This document shows positions 29,120-37,191 of a DNA stretch of 64,000 nt, piece by piece. The DNA is from an uncultured virus (IMG/VR IMGVR_UViG_3300044732_001058) (lineage: Duplodnaviria; Heunggongvirae; Uroviricota; Caudoviricetes): the IMG/VR virus record IMGVR_UViG_3300044732_001058; one strand, written 5' to 3'. Numbering within the stretch: position 1 is the stretch's first letter; every line of letters begins with the position of its first letter. The notes beneath the pieces were generated by a model. It saw only the letters and a program-made list of their open reading frames with translations, did no database searches and was not told the DNA's origin. A program made the position numbers and the translations under genes.

Positions 29120-30454
29120 ATGGCAAGAAATCGTGTAATATACCAAAGTCAAGCTTTATTTATCGCTCCAAGTTCTACTGGAGTACAAGTAAGCGGAGCA
29201 GATAGCGCAGGTACTGGATTCACTGCCTCTCCATTTACTCCAACTGATACAGGTTCACTAGCATCCGGTATTTCTCTTCTAAAGAAGATGGATCGCATTC
29301 AAAATTGTAATTTTAATTTTACAATTAATAGACAAGATATCAATGAATTCGGTAAACTCGCTCGTATCGATTCTATTGTTATGGAAGCTCCAACAGTTGG
29401 ACTTGATTTCAGTTATTATGTAACTGATGGCTATAATGAAAGATTAATGGGCTTTAATATTACTGGAGTTACTGATACAAATATCGTTAATGGCGCACAA
29501 GCTATTTCTGGATTACTAGCTGATCTACAAGGTAATAATTATTACATTTTAACTGTAGATGAAGGTGAAGACGTTGTTGGCGGAACATTGACCCCAAATT
29601 CTACTATAGTAGGAATTGGTAATGGATTCGTTAGCGAATATAGTTTTGAAGCTTCTGTTGGAGCTATTCCAACAGCAAGCGTAACTGTTGAAGCTTTTAA
29701 CATCAAATCTGATTCAGCCGAAACCATCACAACCGTAACAACCGGAAATGCACCCGCAACATCAGTGGTTGGCGCAGATATCACCTCAATAACTGGAAAC
29801 AGTGCAGCAATTAATCTTTTTGCTACTCCAGCTACTAAATTTACTTCTATTGGTTCTGCATATAAACTTGATTATTCAAGAGCTTTTTCAGGAGCAATTG
29901 GTGCTGCCGCTGGTGTTAATTTTACAGGATTCACCACTGGAGTAAGTTCTGTAAGCGCATTGCGTCCTGGTGATATAGTTCTTTCTCTTGGAAACAGCGT
30001 TGGTTTAACAAATCTAGCAGACGCTCATATTCAATCATTTAGTTTTACTCTTCCATTGAGCAGAACAATTCTACAAAGACTTGGAAATACATTTGGTTTC
30101 GCAAGAGTTGTTAATGTTCCTATTAATATGGATGTAAGTATTAGCGCAATTGTTTCTGAACTAAAAGATCAAAATCTTTTTGACGCTTTAACAAGTGGAA
30201 CTCAAACTCTTTCAATTACATTGAAAAATAGCTCATCAGCAAATAAGATTGTTTATGAAATCAGAGGCGCACTATTATCTTCTGAAACATATTCTGAAAA
30301 TCTTGGTGATAATCAAACTGTAGATTTAACATATTCAGTTCAAATCGGCGGTGCAAACGACACAACCGCTGGATTGTTTATGTCTGGAAGTTATCAAAAC
30401 GAATTAGACTCTATTACATCAGGCTTCTTCAAGCTTGGCACTGGCAAGATCTAA
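29120..30454 (+). CDS. Major tail tube protein (internally duplicated fold)
   Basis: MARNRVIYQS start; Ser/Thr/Gly-rich; two similar halves (RIQNCNFNFTINRQDINEFG and HIQSFSFTLPLSRTILQRLG); followed by a strong terminator; CTGTAA motif variant at 29071. Confidence 0.8.
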   Translation: MARNRVIYQSQALFIAPSSTGVQVSGADSAGTGFTASPFTPTDTGSLASGISLLKKMDRIQNCNFNFTINRQDINEFGKLARIDSIVMEAPTVGLDFSYYVTDGYNERLMGFNITGVTDTNIVNGAQAISGLLADLQGNNYYILTVDEGEDVVGGTLTPNSTIVGIGNGFVSEYSFEASVGAIPTASVTVEAFNIKSDSAETITTVTTGNAPATSVVGADITSITGNSAAINLFATPATKFTSIGSAYKLDYSRAFSGAIGAAAGVNFTGFTTGVSSVSALRPGDIVLSLGNSVGLTNLADAHIQSFSFTLPLSRTILQRLGNTFGFARVVNVPINMDVSISAIVSELKDQNLFDALTSGTQTLSITLKNSSSANKIVYEIRGALLSSETYSENLGDNQTVDLTYSVQIGGANDTTAGLFMSGSYQNELDSITSGFFKLGTGKI

Positions 30455-30464
30455 AATAGATAAC

Positions 30465-30503
30465 AATAAAAAACCCCAGTCGAAAGACTGGGGTTCTTTT
30501 TTT
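30465..30503. terminator. Bidirectional rho-independent terminator
   Basis: AACCCCAGTC-GAAA-GACTGGGGTT hairpin with an A-tract before and T-tract after, between convergent genes. Confidence 0.9.
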
Positions 30504-30505
30504 AC

Positions 30506-31018
30506 TTATGGATGACCATATCCATACGGATAATAAAAATATCCAGATCCTGTAAATATCGGCGAACCATCTTCACCAGCTACTTGCACAGGCGCAGCTT
30601 GATAAATATTATAACTAGATACTAATCTTTCCATTTCTTCTCTAGCGTCATTAGCTAATCCACGATATGTTTTTGCAAGTTCGTTTTTATTTGTGCGCGT
30701 AATCATTGTGTCGCCTTCACGCAAAGTCACAAAATCTACAGAGCTATCTACTCCGCGCAACACTTGGCGAGTCTTTTTTGTATAAAACTCATACAAGTAC
30801 ATTTGCTTATATATTGATCTTTCTTCTTGTTGAAAAAACCCTGTTGGTTCAAAATTAGAATTTTGTACTGAATATTGGCTGTATATTTTTGTATTTAACA
30901 AACCAACATTATTAGCAAGCCATCCTGAAATATAATAAAATTGAGCATAGCCGCTATCATACTCAAATTCATTCGCGAATATTTCATCAGCTAAATCGTG
31001 TACACTATAAGCTACCAT
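30506..31018 (-). CDS. Putative head-tail adaptor/connector
   Basis: 170 aa, helical; FVTLREGDTMITR beta-hairpin followed by a helix, as in connector proteins; preceded by GTGTAA. Confidence 0.5.
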   Translation of the reverse strand: MVAYSVHDLADEIFANEFEYDSGYAQFYYISGWLANNVGLLNTKIYSQYSVQNSNFEPTGFFQQEERSIYKQMYLYEFYTKKTRQVLRGVDSSVDFVTLREGDTMITRTNKNELAKTYRGLANDAREEMERLVSSYNIYQAAPVQVAGEDGSPIFTGSGYFYYPYGYGHP

Positions 31019-31027
31019 ATATATATC

Positions 31028-31033
31028 TTACAC
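31028..31033 (-). promoter_or_regulatory. GTGTAA motif overlapping the APS kinase stop codon
   Basis: 9 nt before ATG 31018. Confidence 0.6.
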
Positions 31034-31483
31034 TTTTTTATTTAACTTACGAACTAATTCGTTGTATATCATTTTAGAATAATAACTGCTATTCTTACTT
31101 TGAACTTCGATATCAAACTTTTTGGGCGGCTCAAATACTTTATTAGTATCTTCGTATGTTGATTCGTTAATGGTATTCATAAATATTAAAAAATCAGGAT
31201 CAAATTGGTCTCTAGTTTTTTGAAATGGACATACAAAGTCGCAAATGACTATTTCGTTATATTGACCGTACATGTCGGCCAAATCTTTCATTCTTTTACC
31301 TTGACGTTCACGACCAGTTTCACTGAAGTCCCAATCGTTGAATTGTTCACGAACTTTATCTGCATTTAACCAATGACATTTATAATGATGGCTTAAAAGA
31401 TAAGACAAATCTGCCGCTAATGTGGTTTTACCAGATCCCGGCAAACCCATAATTAATACCTTTAAAAACGAACCAATTGGCAT
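31028..31483 (-). CDS. cysC: Adenylyl-sulfate (APS) kinase-like protein
   Basis: P-loop GLPGSGKTT, WLNADKVR, DFSETGRERQ, ICDFVCP, FEPP; shorter than typical cellular CysC. Confidence 0.8.
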   Translation of the reverse strand: MPIGSFLKVLIMGLPGSGKTTLAADLSYLLSHHYKCHWLNADKVREQFNDWDFSETGRERQGKRMKDLADMYGQYNEIVICDFVCPFQKTRDQFDPDFLIFMNTINESTYEDTNKVFEPPKKFDIEVQSKNSSYYSKMIYNELVRKLNKKV

Positions 31484-31493
31484 ATTATATGGT

Positions 31494-32318
31494 ATGGTTG
31501 AAAAGATATTTTTTCAATGTTCACTACCTCGGGCAGGTTCGACACTTTTACAAAATGTGCTGGCGCAAAACCCTGATTTTTACGCCACACCAACTAGTGG
31601 ATTGATTGAAATCTTCCTTAATGCTAGAAATATTTATTCTACAAATATTGAATTTAAGGCTCAAGACATCAATGTAGTTGAACCAGCATTCAAAGCTCTT
31701 TGTAAAGAAGGCATGTTTGCATATTTTAACGCCATCACTGATAAGAAATATGTTATTGACAAGAGCAGAGGTTGGAGCGTTACATACGATTTTCTAAATT
31801 GGTATTATCCAGAACCAAAGGTTATTGTTATGGTTCGCGATCTGCGAGCAGTTGTGGCGAGCATGGAAAAGAAGTGGCGACAATATCAGCACATCGATGC
31901 TGGCCTTCAAAACTGGAACGAACTTCGTAATACTACGGTTGATAAGAGAATCGATTACTTTTTAATGCAAGCGCCGCCACTTGCTGTAAGTATTGATGTA
32001 TTGTATGATACTATTATGCGTAAATTAAGTAAGAAATGCTTATTTATTAAGTTTGAAAACTTCGCCAGTAATCCTCAAAGAGAAATGGAACGAGTATATG
32101 AGTATCTTGAATTACCATTTTATCAACACGACTTTAATAATGTAGAACAAAAGACTTTTGAAGATGACCGTATGCACATTCCTTTTGGCGACCATACAAT
32201 TCAAAAAGTAATCAAACCAGTACCTAACGACTATATAGATATTCTTGGAAAACAGAACTGCGATAATATATATAACAAGTTCTCTTGGTTCTATAAAGCT
32301 TTTAGTTACGATTATTAA
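31494..32318 (+). CDS. PAPS-dependent sulfotransferase
   Basis: 5'-PSB loop SLPRAGSTLL, DKSRGW, 3'-PB VMVRDLRAVVAS, IKFENFASNP; likely start ATG 31494 (MVEKIFF) rather than 31422. Confidence 0.88.
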   Translation: MVEKIFFQCSLPRAGSTLLQNVLAQNPDFYATPTSGLIEIFLNARNIYSTNIEFKAQDINVVEPAFKALCKEGMFAYFNAITDKKYVIDKSRGWSVTYDFLNWYYPEPKVIVMVRDLRAVVASMEKKWRQYQHIDAGLQNWNELRNTTVDKRIDYFLMQAPPLAVSIDVLYDTIMRKLSKKCLFIKFENFASNPQREMERVYEYLELPFYQHDFNNVEQKTFEDDRMHIPFGDHTIQKVIKPVPNDYIDILGKQNCDNIYNKFSWFYKAFSYDY

Positions 32319-32338
32319 TTTCTATAGATAAAAAAATA

Positions 32339-32344
32339 GTGTAA
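32339..32344 (+). promoter_or_regulatory. GTGTAA motif
   Basis: 14 nt before ATG 32359. Confidence 0.55.
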
Positions 32345-32358
32345 AACTAAATACAAAT

Positions 32359-32640
32359 ATGAGCGACCCAACATTCCCAATTATCAATCTACCAAGTGCT
32401 GTAGAAATTCAACAAGCTGCTAATACCAGTCAAATCGAAATCCTTCAAACCACAGACGACCCAATCGGTAAGACCGTAAAGAGTTTGGTAAAGATATCAA
32501 CCACTCCTTACGCTCATAACTGGTATACAGTATGGTCTGGAGATACATATGATCAAGCTGGTCAATGGACGGACACCCAATTGTCTGCCGCCATCGTTAC
32601 TCTAGTAATGGCAGAATATCCTCCTGCTTTGACACGATAA
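32359..32640 (+). CDS. Small hypothetical protein, possibly virion-associated
   Basis: 93 aa; has its own GTGTAA motif and terminator; WSGDTYDQAGQWTD motif. Confidence 0.6.
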   Translation: MSDPTFPIINLPSAVEIQQAANTSQIEILQTTDDPIGKTVKSLVKISTTPYAHNWYTVWSGDTYDQAGQWTDTQLSAAIVTLVMAEYPPALTR

Positions 32641-32675
32641 TAACTGTAGAAAAAAATACCAAAAATACATAAAAT

Positions 32676-32708
32676 ACCTCAAGGACATATTGTTCTTGAG
32701 GTTTTTTT
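32676..32708 (+). terminator. Rho-independent terminator abutting the next start codon
   Basis: ACCTCAAGGACA-TAT-TGTTCTTGAGGT then TTTTTT, with ATG at 32709. Confidence 0.75.
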
Positions 32709-33473
32709 ATGGCTGAAAAAAAGAAAGTATTAATCGCGACTCCATCTTACGACGGTAAACTGGATGTTTATTATATCGACTCACTTCTAAACACTTTATC
32801 ATTAGCTGAAAAGAATAATGTAGAAGTATATCCATTGTTTATTTGTTACGACTCTCTTATTCAACGTGCGCGAAATGATTTGTTTAAACTTGCTTATAGT
32901 AACGATATTGATAATTTGTTTTTTATTGATGGTGATGTAGGATGGAATCCTCAAGATTTTTACAAGCTGGTAAAAAGCGACAAAGATATTATCGGCGGAT
33001 CTTATAGAAAAAAGACTGACAACGAAGAACTTTACGTTGTGAAAGCTCTTGATAAAGATAATTCTAAATTAAATTTGAGCGTTGATAAAGACGGCATTCT
33101 TGAAGTGGCGGGTTTAGGTTGCGGATTCATGAAAATTTCTCGCAAAGCTATGAACGCTTTATGGGAGATTTCCAAACCGTATACCTCAGAAAAAGGTGAC
33201 ACACGAATGGTGTTTGAAGTTGTTTGTGAAGACGGCGATCTTATCAGTGAAGATATTTATATGTGTAAAAAGTGGCGCAATCTTGGTAATAACATTTATC
33301 TCGATACTAACATCACATGTTCGCACACAGGCGCGAAGACGTTCGTAGGAGACGTTGGTAAATGGATCAACTCTTTTAAAAATCAAAACACTTTCAACCC
33401 ACAACCAGCAACTGATTTGTCTAAGTATTTTGTAAAGAATAATAATGAAGATGATTTTAAAGTTCTTGTATGA
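32709..33473 (+). CDS. Glycosyltransferase, GT-A fold (GT2-like)
   Basis: VLIATPSY, SLIQRARN, DxD motif LFFIDGD, GCGFMKISR, SEDIYMC, H.G. Confidence 0.8.
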   Translation: MAEKKKVLIATPSYDGKLDVYYIDSLLNTLSLAEKNNVEVYPLFICYDSLIQRARNDLFKLAYSNDIDNLFFIDGDVGWNPQDFYKLVKSDKDIIGGSYRKKTDNEELYVVKALDKDNSKLNLSVDKDGILEVAGLGCGFMKISRKAMNALWEISKPYTSEKGDTRMVFEVVCEDGDLISEDIYMCKKWRNLGNNIYLDTNITCSHTGAKTFVGDVGKWINSFKNQNTFNPQPATDLSKYFVKNNNEDDFKVLV

Positions 33474-34432
33474 CGGATATTTACGCAGACGTTATTTTAT
33501 TTGATAGCATAGGATCTCCATACGATGGAAATACGATGCACAAATGCGGAATGGGTGGCAGCGAGTTTCAAGCTATTTTACTTCTTGAAGAGTTAGCTGA
33601 AGAAGGATATAAAGTTATATGCCTAAACAATTCTAATAAAGAATCTTTTGTAAATGGAGTGTTGTATGCGCCAAACAATTTGGTTGATAGTTATAAATTT
33701 AAGTGTAAGAATTTAATAATCCATAGGTATAGCGAAATTCCTAAAATCGGTCACAAAAAAGCATTCATGTGGGCAACCGATTTGAATGGCGTTCATAATC
33801 TAAAATTCTATAAGCTATTTGAAGAAAAGAAACTAACTTTAATTACCCTCAGTAATTTTCATAACGATTTGTTTCCAAAGTCTTGGGACAAGCATGTAAT
33901 TTATTTCATGATACCTGATTGGGTGTATGAGTATTCTATACCAGAGAACAAGAAAGATTATATATACGCCAGTAGTTTAATGAAAGGATATTCATCCACA
34001 TTACCATTATGGAAATATCTAAAAAATGAAAAACTACTTAGTAAAACTGATATATTGAATGTTTGTTTACCGGGATACGACAATCCGACCCAAGACATAA
34101 GCGAAAAAGATTATGGAATCAATTATCTTGGAACGTTGAAGTTCAAAGAAGTTATAGAACTGATGGCGAAATGTCGCGGCATGTTTTATGTCAATACTAT
34201 GCCTGAGACTTTTGGCATAAGCGTTGTACTAGCCGACATATTAAAGACGACACCGTTTGTTTATGGTATAAACGGTCTAGGAAGTTTATCTGAATTAATA
34301 AATAATAAAAATCTTACTACCGACATGCAAGAATACATTAATATGTTTAAAACTTATTCAAGCTTAAACGAAACGCCGCGAAACTTCCGCCCAAAGATGG
34401 TTATTAAATGGTGGAAGAAAGTATTGATTTAA
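33470..34432 (+). CDS. Glycosyltransferase, GT-B fold (GT4-like)
   Basis: MGGSE N-terminal motif, YIYASS..KG, PETFGISVV. Confidence 0.75.
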   Translation: MTDIYADVILFDSIGSPYDGNTMHKCGMGGSEFQAILLLEELAEEGYKVICLNNSNKESFVNGVLYAPNNLVDSYKFKCKNLIIHRYSEIPKIGHKKAFMWATDLNGVHNLKFYKLFEEKKLTLITLSNFHNDLFPKSWDKHVIYFMIPDWVYEYSIPENKKDYIYASSLMKGYSSTLPLWKYLKNEKLLSKTDILNVCLPGYDNPTQDISEKDYGINYLGTLKFKEVIELMAKCRGMFYVNTMPETFGISVVLADILKTTPFVYGINGLGSLSELINNKNLTTDMQEYINMFKTYSSLNETPRNFRPKMVIKWWKKVLI

Positions 34433-35058
34433 GGTCTAATAAATAATAGACTTTCGGCAATCAATTCGTTCTTATCGTTCATAACCGTTTCGACTGGCAT
34501 AATATAATCAAATTTTAGATCAAACATTTTGTTTAATATTTGATCTTTATTGCAGCCGCCTTCATTATAATTATTAAAAGACACTTCGGCGATAACAACT
34601 TTAGCGTTTTTAAAAGTATTTATACCGCCTTCTATAATATCTAATTCACTACCTTGAGTGTCTATTTTTATAAGATCGTAAACATCTTTCACACAATCAT
34701 CTAATCTATAAATCGGCAACTCTTCGATTATTAAATTTTGTTCGTTATATGTTTGCGAGTTTTCTTTGTATATAGAATTGCCAGAACAAATTGGACTCCA
34801 TTTTGTTTTATAAAATTTAGTTGTGCCGTTGATTTTACCAAGCAATTTTATTTGATAATCGTAAAGTTGTTTTTGGTATAACTTTTCGCACTCAGCATTT
34901 CCTTCGAATAATAATATGTTTGCGACAGGCCAGATTTGGCGCATAATGTCTGCCGTTTGGCAGACACTTGCACCGATATCTAATATATTTTTAGGATAAA
35001 ATCCTTTGTCTCTGAGTAAGAAACAAATTTGAGAATAATAGTCATAAGAATAACCCAT
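34429..35058 (-). CDS. FkbM-family SAM-dependent methyltransferase
   Basis: ILDIGA, FEGN, RLDD, DLIKIDTQGSELDIIEGG. Confidence 0.85.
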   Translation of the reverse strand: MGYSYDYYSQICFLLRDKGFYPKNILDIGASVCQTADIMRQIWPVANILLFEGNAECEKLYQKQLYDYQIKLLGKINGTTKFYKTKWSPICSGNSIYKENSQTYNEQNLIIEELPIYRLDDCVKDVYDLIKIDTQGSELDIIEGGINTFKNAKVVIAEVSFNNYNEGGCNKDQILNKMFDLKFDYIMPVETVMNDKNELIAESLLFIRP

Positions 35059-35078
35059 GACTATTATATAAAAAAAAC

Positions 35079-35615
35079 TTAACCATTAAAGCTTGGCATT
35101 GGAGGAAATGGAGGAATACTTATATTTGGAGCGGATGTCGGAATGGTGGGCCACACCGCTTGAGTAACATCTGGGATATCTAACATTGTACGCAATTGTT
35201 GTCTGAAGTTTTTAAAATCAAGTTTTGCGGCATCAGATATCGGCGAATCAGGCAATTGAGTGAAATCAGTGATAACTAAATACTGATCGCGAATCATTCT
35301 TATGCTAGTCTCTATTCTGTTTTTTCTTATCTCTTCTTCGGACGGAGTCACATTGACTACAGTAAAAGATTCATGACAAGTTTTATTCTCAATGTTTAAA
35401 GAATAAGATGTTTCGATTTTTTGTTGTATATTAATCGTTGGAAGCGGATCGCTGTTTACAACCCAGAACCCTTCGTCGTTTCCAGACCATGATAAATCAG
35501 CCAATTGCTCATCAGATAGTGCAAATAAATTAGATATATTTTTGTAATTGTTTGGTAACGCCGCTGGCGAAGAAACTATTCGATTATTTACTACTAAAAC
35601 GTAATTTTTATCCAT
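35079..35615 (-). CDS. Tail fibre assembly chaperone-like protein
   Basis: C-terminal IRMIRDQYLVITDFTQLPDSP...FRQQLRTM.D.P....WP motif. Confidence 0.75.
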   Translation of the reverse strand: MDKNYVLVVNNRIVSSPAALPNNYKNISNLFALSDEQLADLSWSGNDEGFWVVNSDPLPTINIQQKIETSYSLNIENKTCHESFTVVNVTPSEEEIRKNRIETSIRMIRDQYLVITDFTQLPDSPISDAAKLDFKNFRQQLRTMLDIPDVTQAVWPTIPTSAPNISIPPFPPMPSFNG

Positions 35616-35617
35616 AA

Positions 35618-36220
35618 TTATTTAGAGGTATAAGTTATTTGCGGATTGATAAAGTTATTTAATAATGATTGTTTAAAATCTAATAAGTTACCAGCCATTG
35701 TTGTTCCTGCTTGTATGTTAGCGCGAATGTTACCTTGGTTTATACCAGTCTGTGCGCTCGCCATATCTTCAAAAGCTTGACGAGTCAAACGACATTCCCA
35801 ATAACGAGATTCGGCGGCTTCAATTTCATCGTATGTATAAATTTTCGGCAAACTATTTATTAGTTTAACAATAGTTTTGATTTCGCGTTCTCTAAAAATC
35901 ATATTTTCTTCATGTTGGCGCAAAATATATTGTTTCTTACAAGCTTCTAGATTGTCAATTTCATCGTTTTTTAATTGTAAACGTTTGATTTCTATTTTTA
36001 ATTTTTCTATGTCAAAACAATCGCCAATAAAGCCATCACGCATAGATTTAAGTTCCATCATTAATTGCAGAAACTTACGTTCTGGCAAATCGTGTTCTTG
36101 CATGACAAACCTTTCTAATTGAAAAGAAGTGCGACCAGCAGTGTATTTAGAAAAATCAATTGCGCCCAAATCAAACTTATTTGAGAACTCTTTTAATTTG
36201 TTATCTAGTAAATTATCCAT
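35618..36220 (-). CDS. Coiled-coil protein, putative chaperone of the fibre tip
   Basis: SFQLERFV...R...Q...E...YWECRLTRQA..D...G.INQGN; between the propeller and the fibre chaperone. Confidence 0.5.
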   Translation of the reverse strand: MDNLLDNKLKEFSNKFDLGAIDFSKYTAGRTSFQLERFVMQEHDLPERKFLQLMMELKSMRDGFIGDCFDIEKLKIEIKRLQLKNDEIDNLEACKKQYILRQHEENMIFREREIKTIVKLINSLPKIYTYDEIEAAESRYWECRLTRQAFEDMASAQTGINQGNIRANIQAGTTMAGNLLDFKQSLLNNFINPQITYTSK

Positions 36221-36225
36221 ATATA

Positions 36226-37185
36226 TTATGCCCCGCTACTGCCATTTATCCAACCTGAATTTGTATCACCCGTAGTGTAACTATTATTACTCCAAGTTTC
36301 TGTTGAAAAAGTTAATTTATGATATGCGCGATTTAATGTATAATTTCTATAACCAGTCCAAACATATCCAACAGTTGCCGTCGCGCTACATACGCCTTGA
36401 AACAACTGCAAACTACCTTCTGGGCTATTAGATCCAGTAGATACTGTTTCTGTTGAAAAAGTTAATTTAATATTACTAGCGCTTGTAACATTTGCTCCAT
36501 TAGCTCTATAACCCCATAATGAATTAGAAAAAGCATATCCCTGAGAATTTGATACACTGTCAGTAGCGGATAAAGTAGACGCTGTATCACTTGTCATAAC
36601 GTATTTATATATAGTATTAGTATTAGCACCGCTACTATTATATCCACCTATTACATAAGCATTATTACTTTCATATAATCCCATAGAAACGTGTCTAGCA
36701 GCGGGTATAGCAGTCGTATTTGTTGCTGTATCGCTTGCTGTTGTTATATAAGTAGTATCACTTCTATATTGACCAAGAGAGTCGCTATAGCCACCCATAA
36801 AATAAAAACGAGACGCTACTATGGTTGGTAAATTAATTGTCGAGCCTCTTCTTTCTACAGTAAAAGAAATAGTGGCGGTAGATTGAACGTCACTGGACGC
36901 AAGTATTTTGTTTTTAACTGTAACAATTCCAGAATTATAACCATTTATGTGATAAATATTCGTAGAACTAAAACCTCCTGCTCCTTGAGATATTCTTGGA
37001 CCAGTATTCGCATTTCTTGTGGACTCACTATCTGTACTAAAAGATATTGTTCTATTATAACCGACATTGCTCTGTCCTCCTGTCACATCTCCAAATAAAA
37101 AATATGCAGATCCAAAACCAGTAACTTGAGTACCAGCAGCAATCGGAGCGACTTGTGTTTTATTGGGGCCAAGAAATTTAATCAT
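36226..37185 (-). CDS. Kelch-like beta-propeller, putative fibre-tip adhesin
   Basis: About six repeats (AYFLFG, IYHING, FYFMGG, AYVIGG, GYRANG, GYVWTG) followed by KLTFSTET-type segments; directly downstream of the giant fibre. Confidence 0.7.
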   Translation of the reverse strand: MIKFLGPNKTQVAPIAAGTQVTGFGSAYFLFGDVTGGQSNVGYNRTISFSTDSESTRNANTGPRISQGAGGFSSTNIYHINGYNSGIVTVKNKILASSDVQSTATISFTVERRGSTINLPTIVASRFYFMGGYSDSLGQYRSDTTYITTASDTATNTTAIPAARHVSMGLYESNNAYVIGGYNSSGANTNTIYKYVMTSDTASTLSATDSVSNSQGYAFSNSLWGYRANGANVTSASNIKLTFSTETVSTGSNSPEGSLQLFQGVCSATATVGYVWTGYRNYTLNRAYHKLTFSTETWSNNSYTTGDTNSGWINGSSGA

Positions 37186-37191
37186 ATGTTA

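Noticed and set aside
31422..31493. Longer sulfotransferase start at 31422
   Set aside because: Would overlap the APS kinase P-loop head-to-head; ATG 31494 places the PSB motif at its usual N-terminal position
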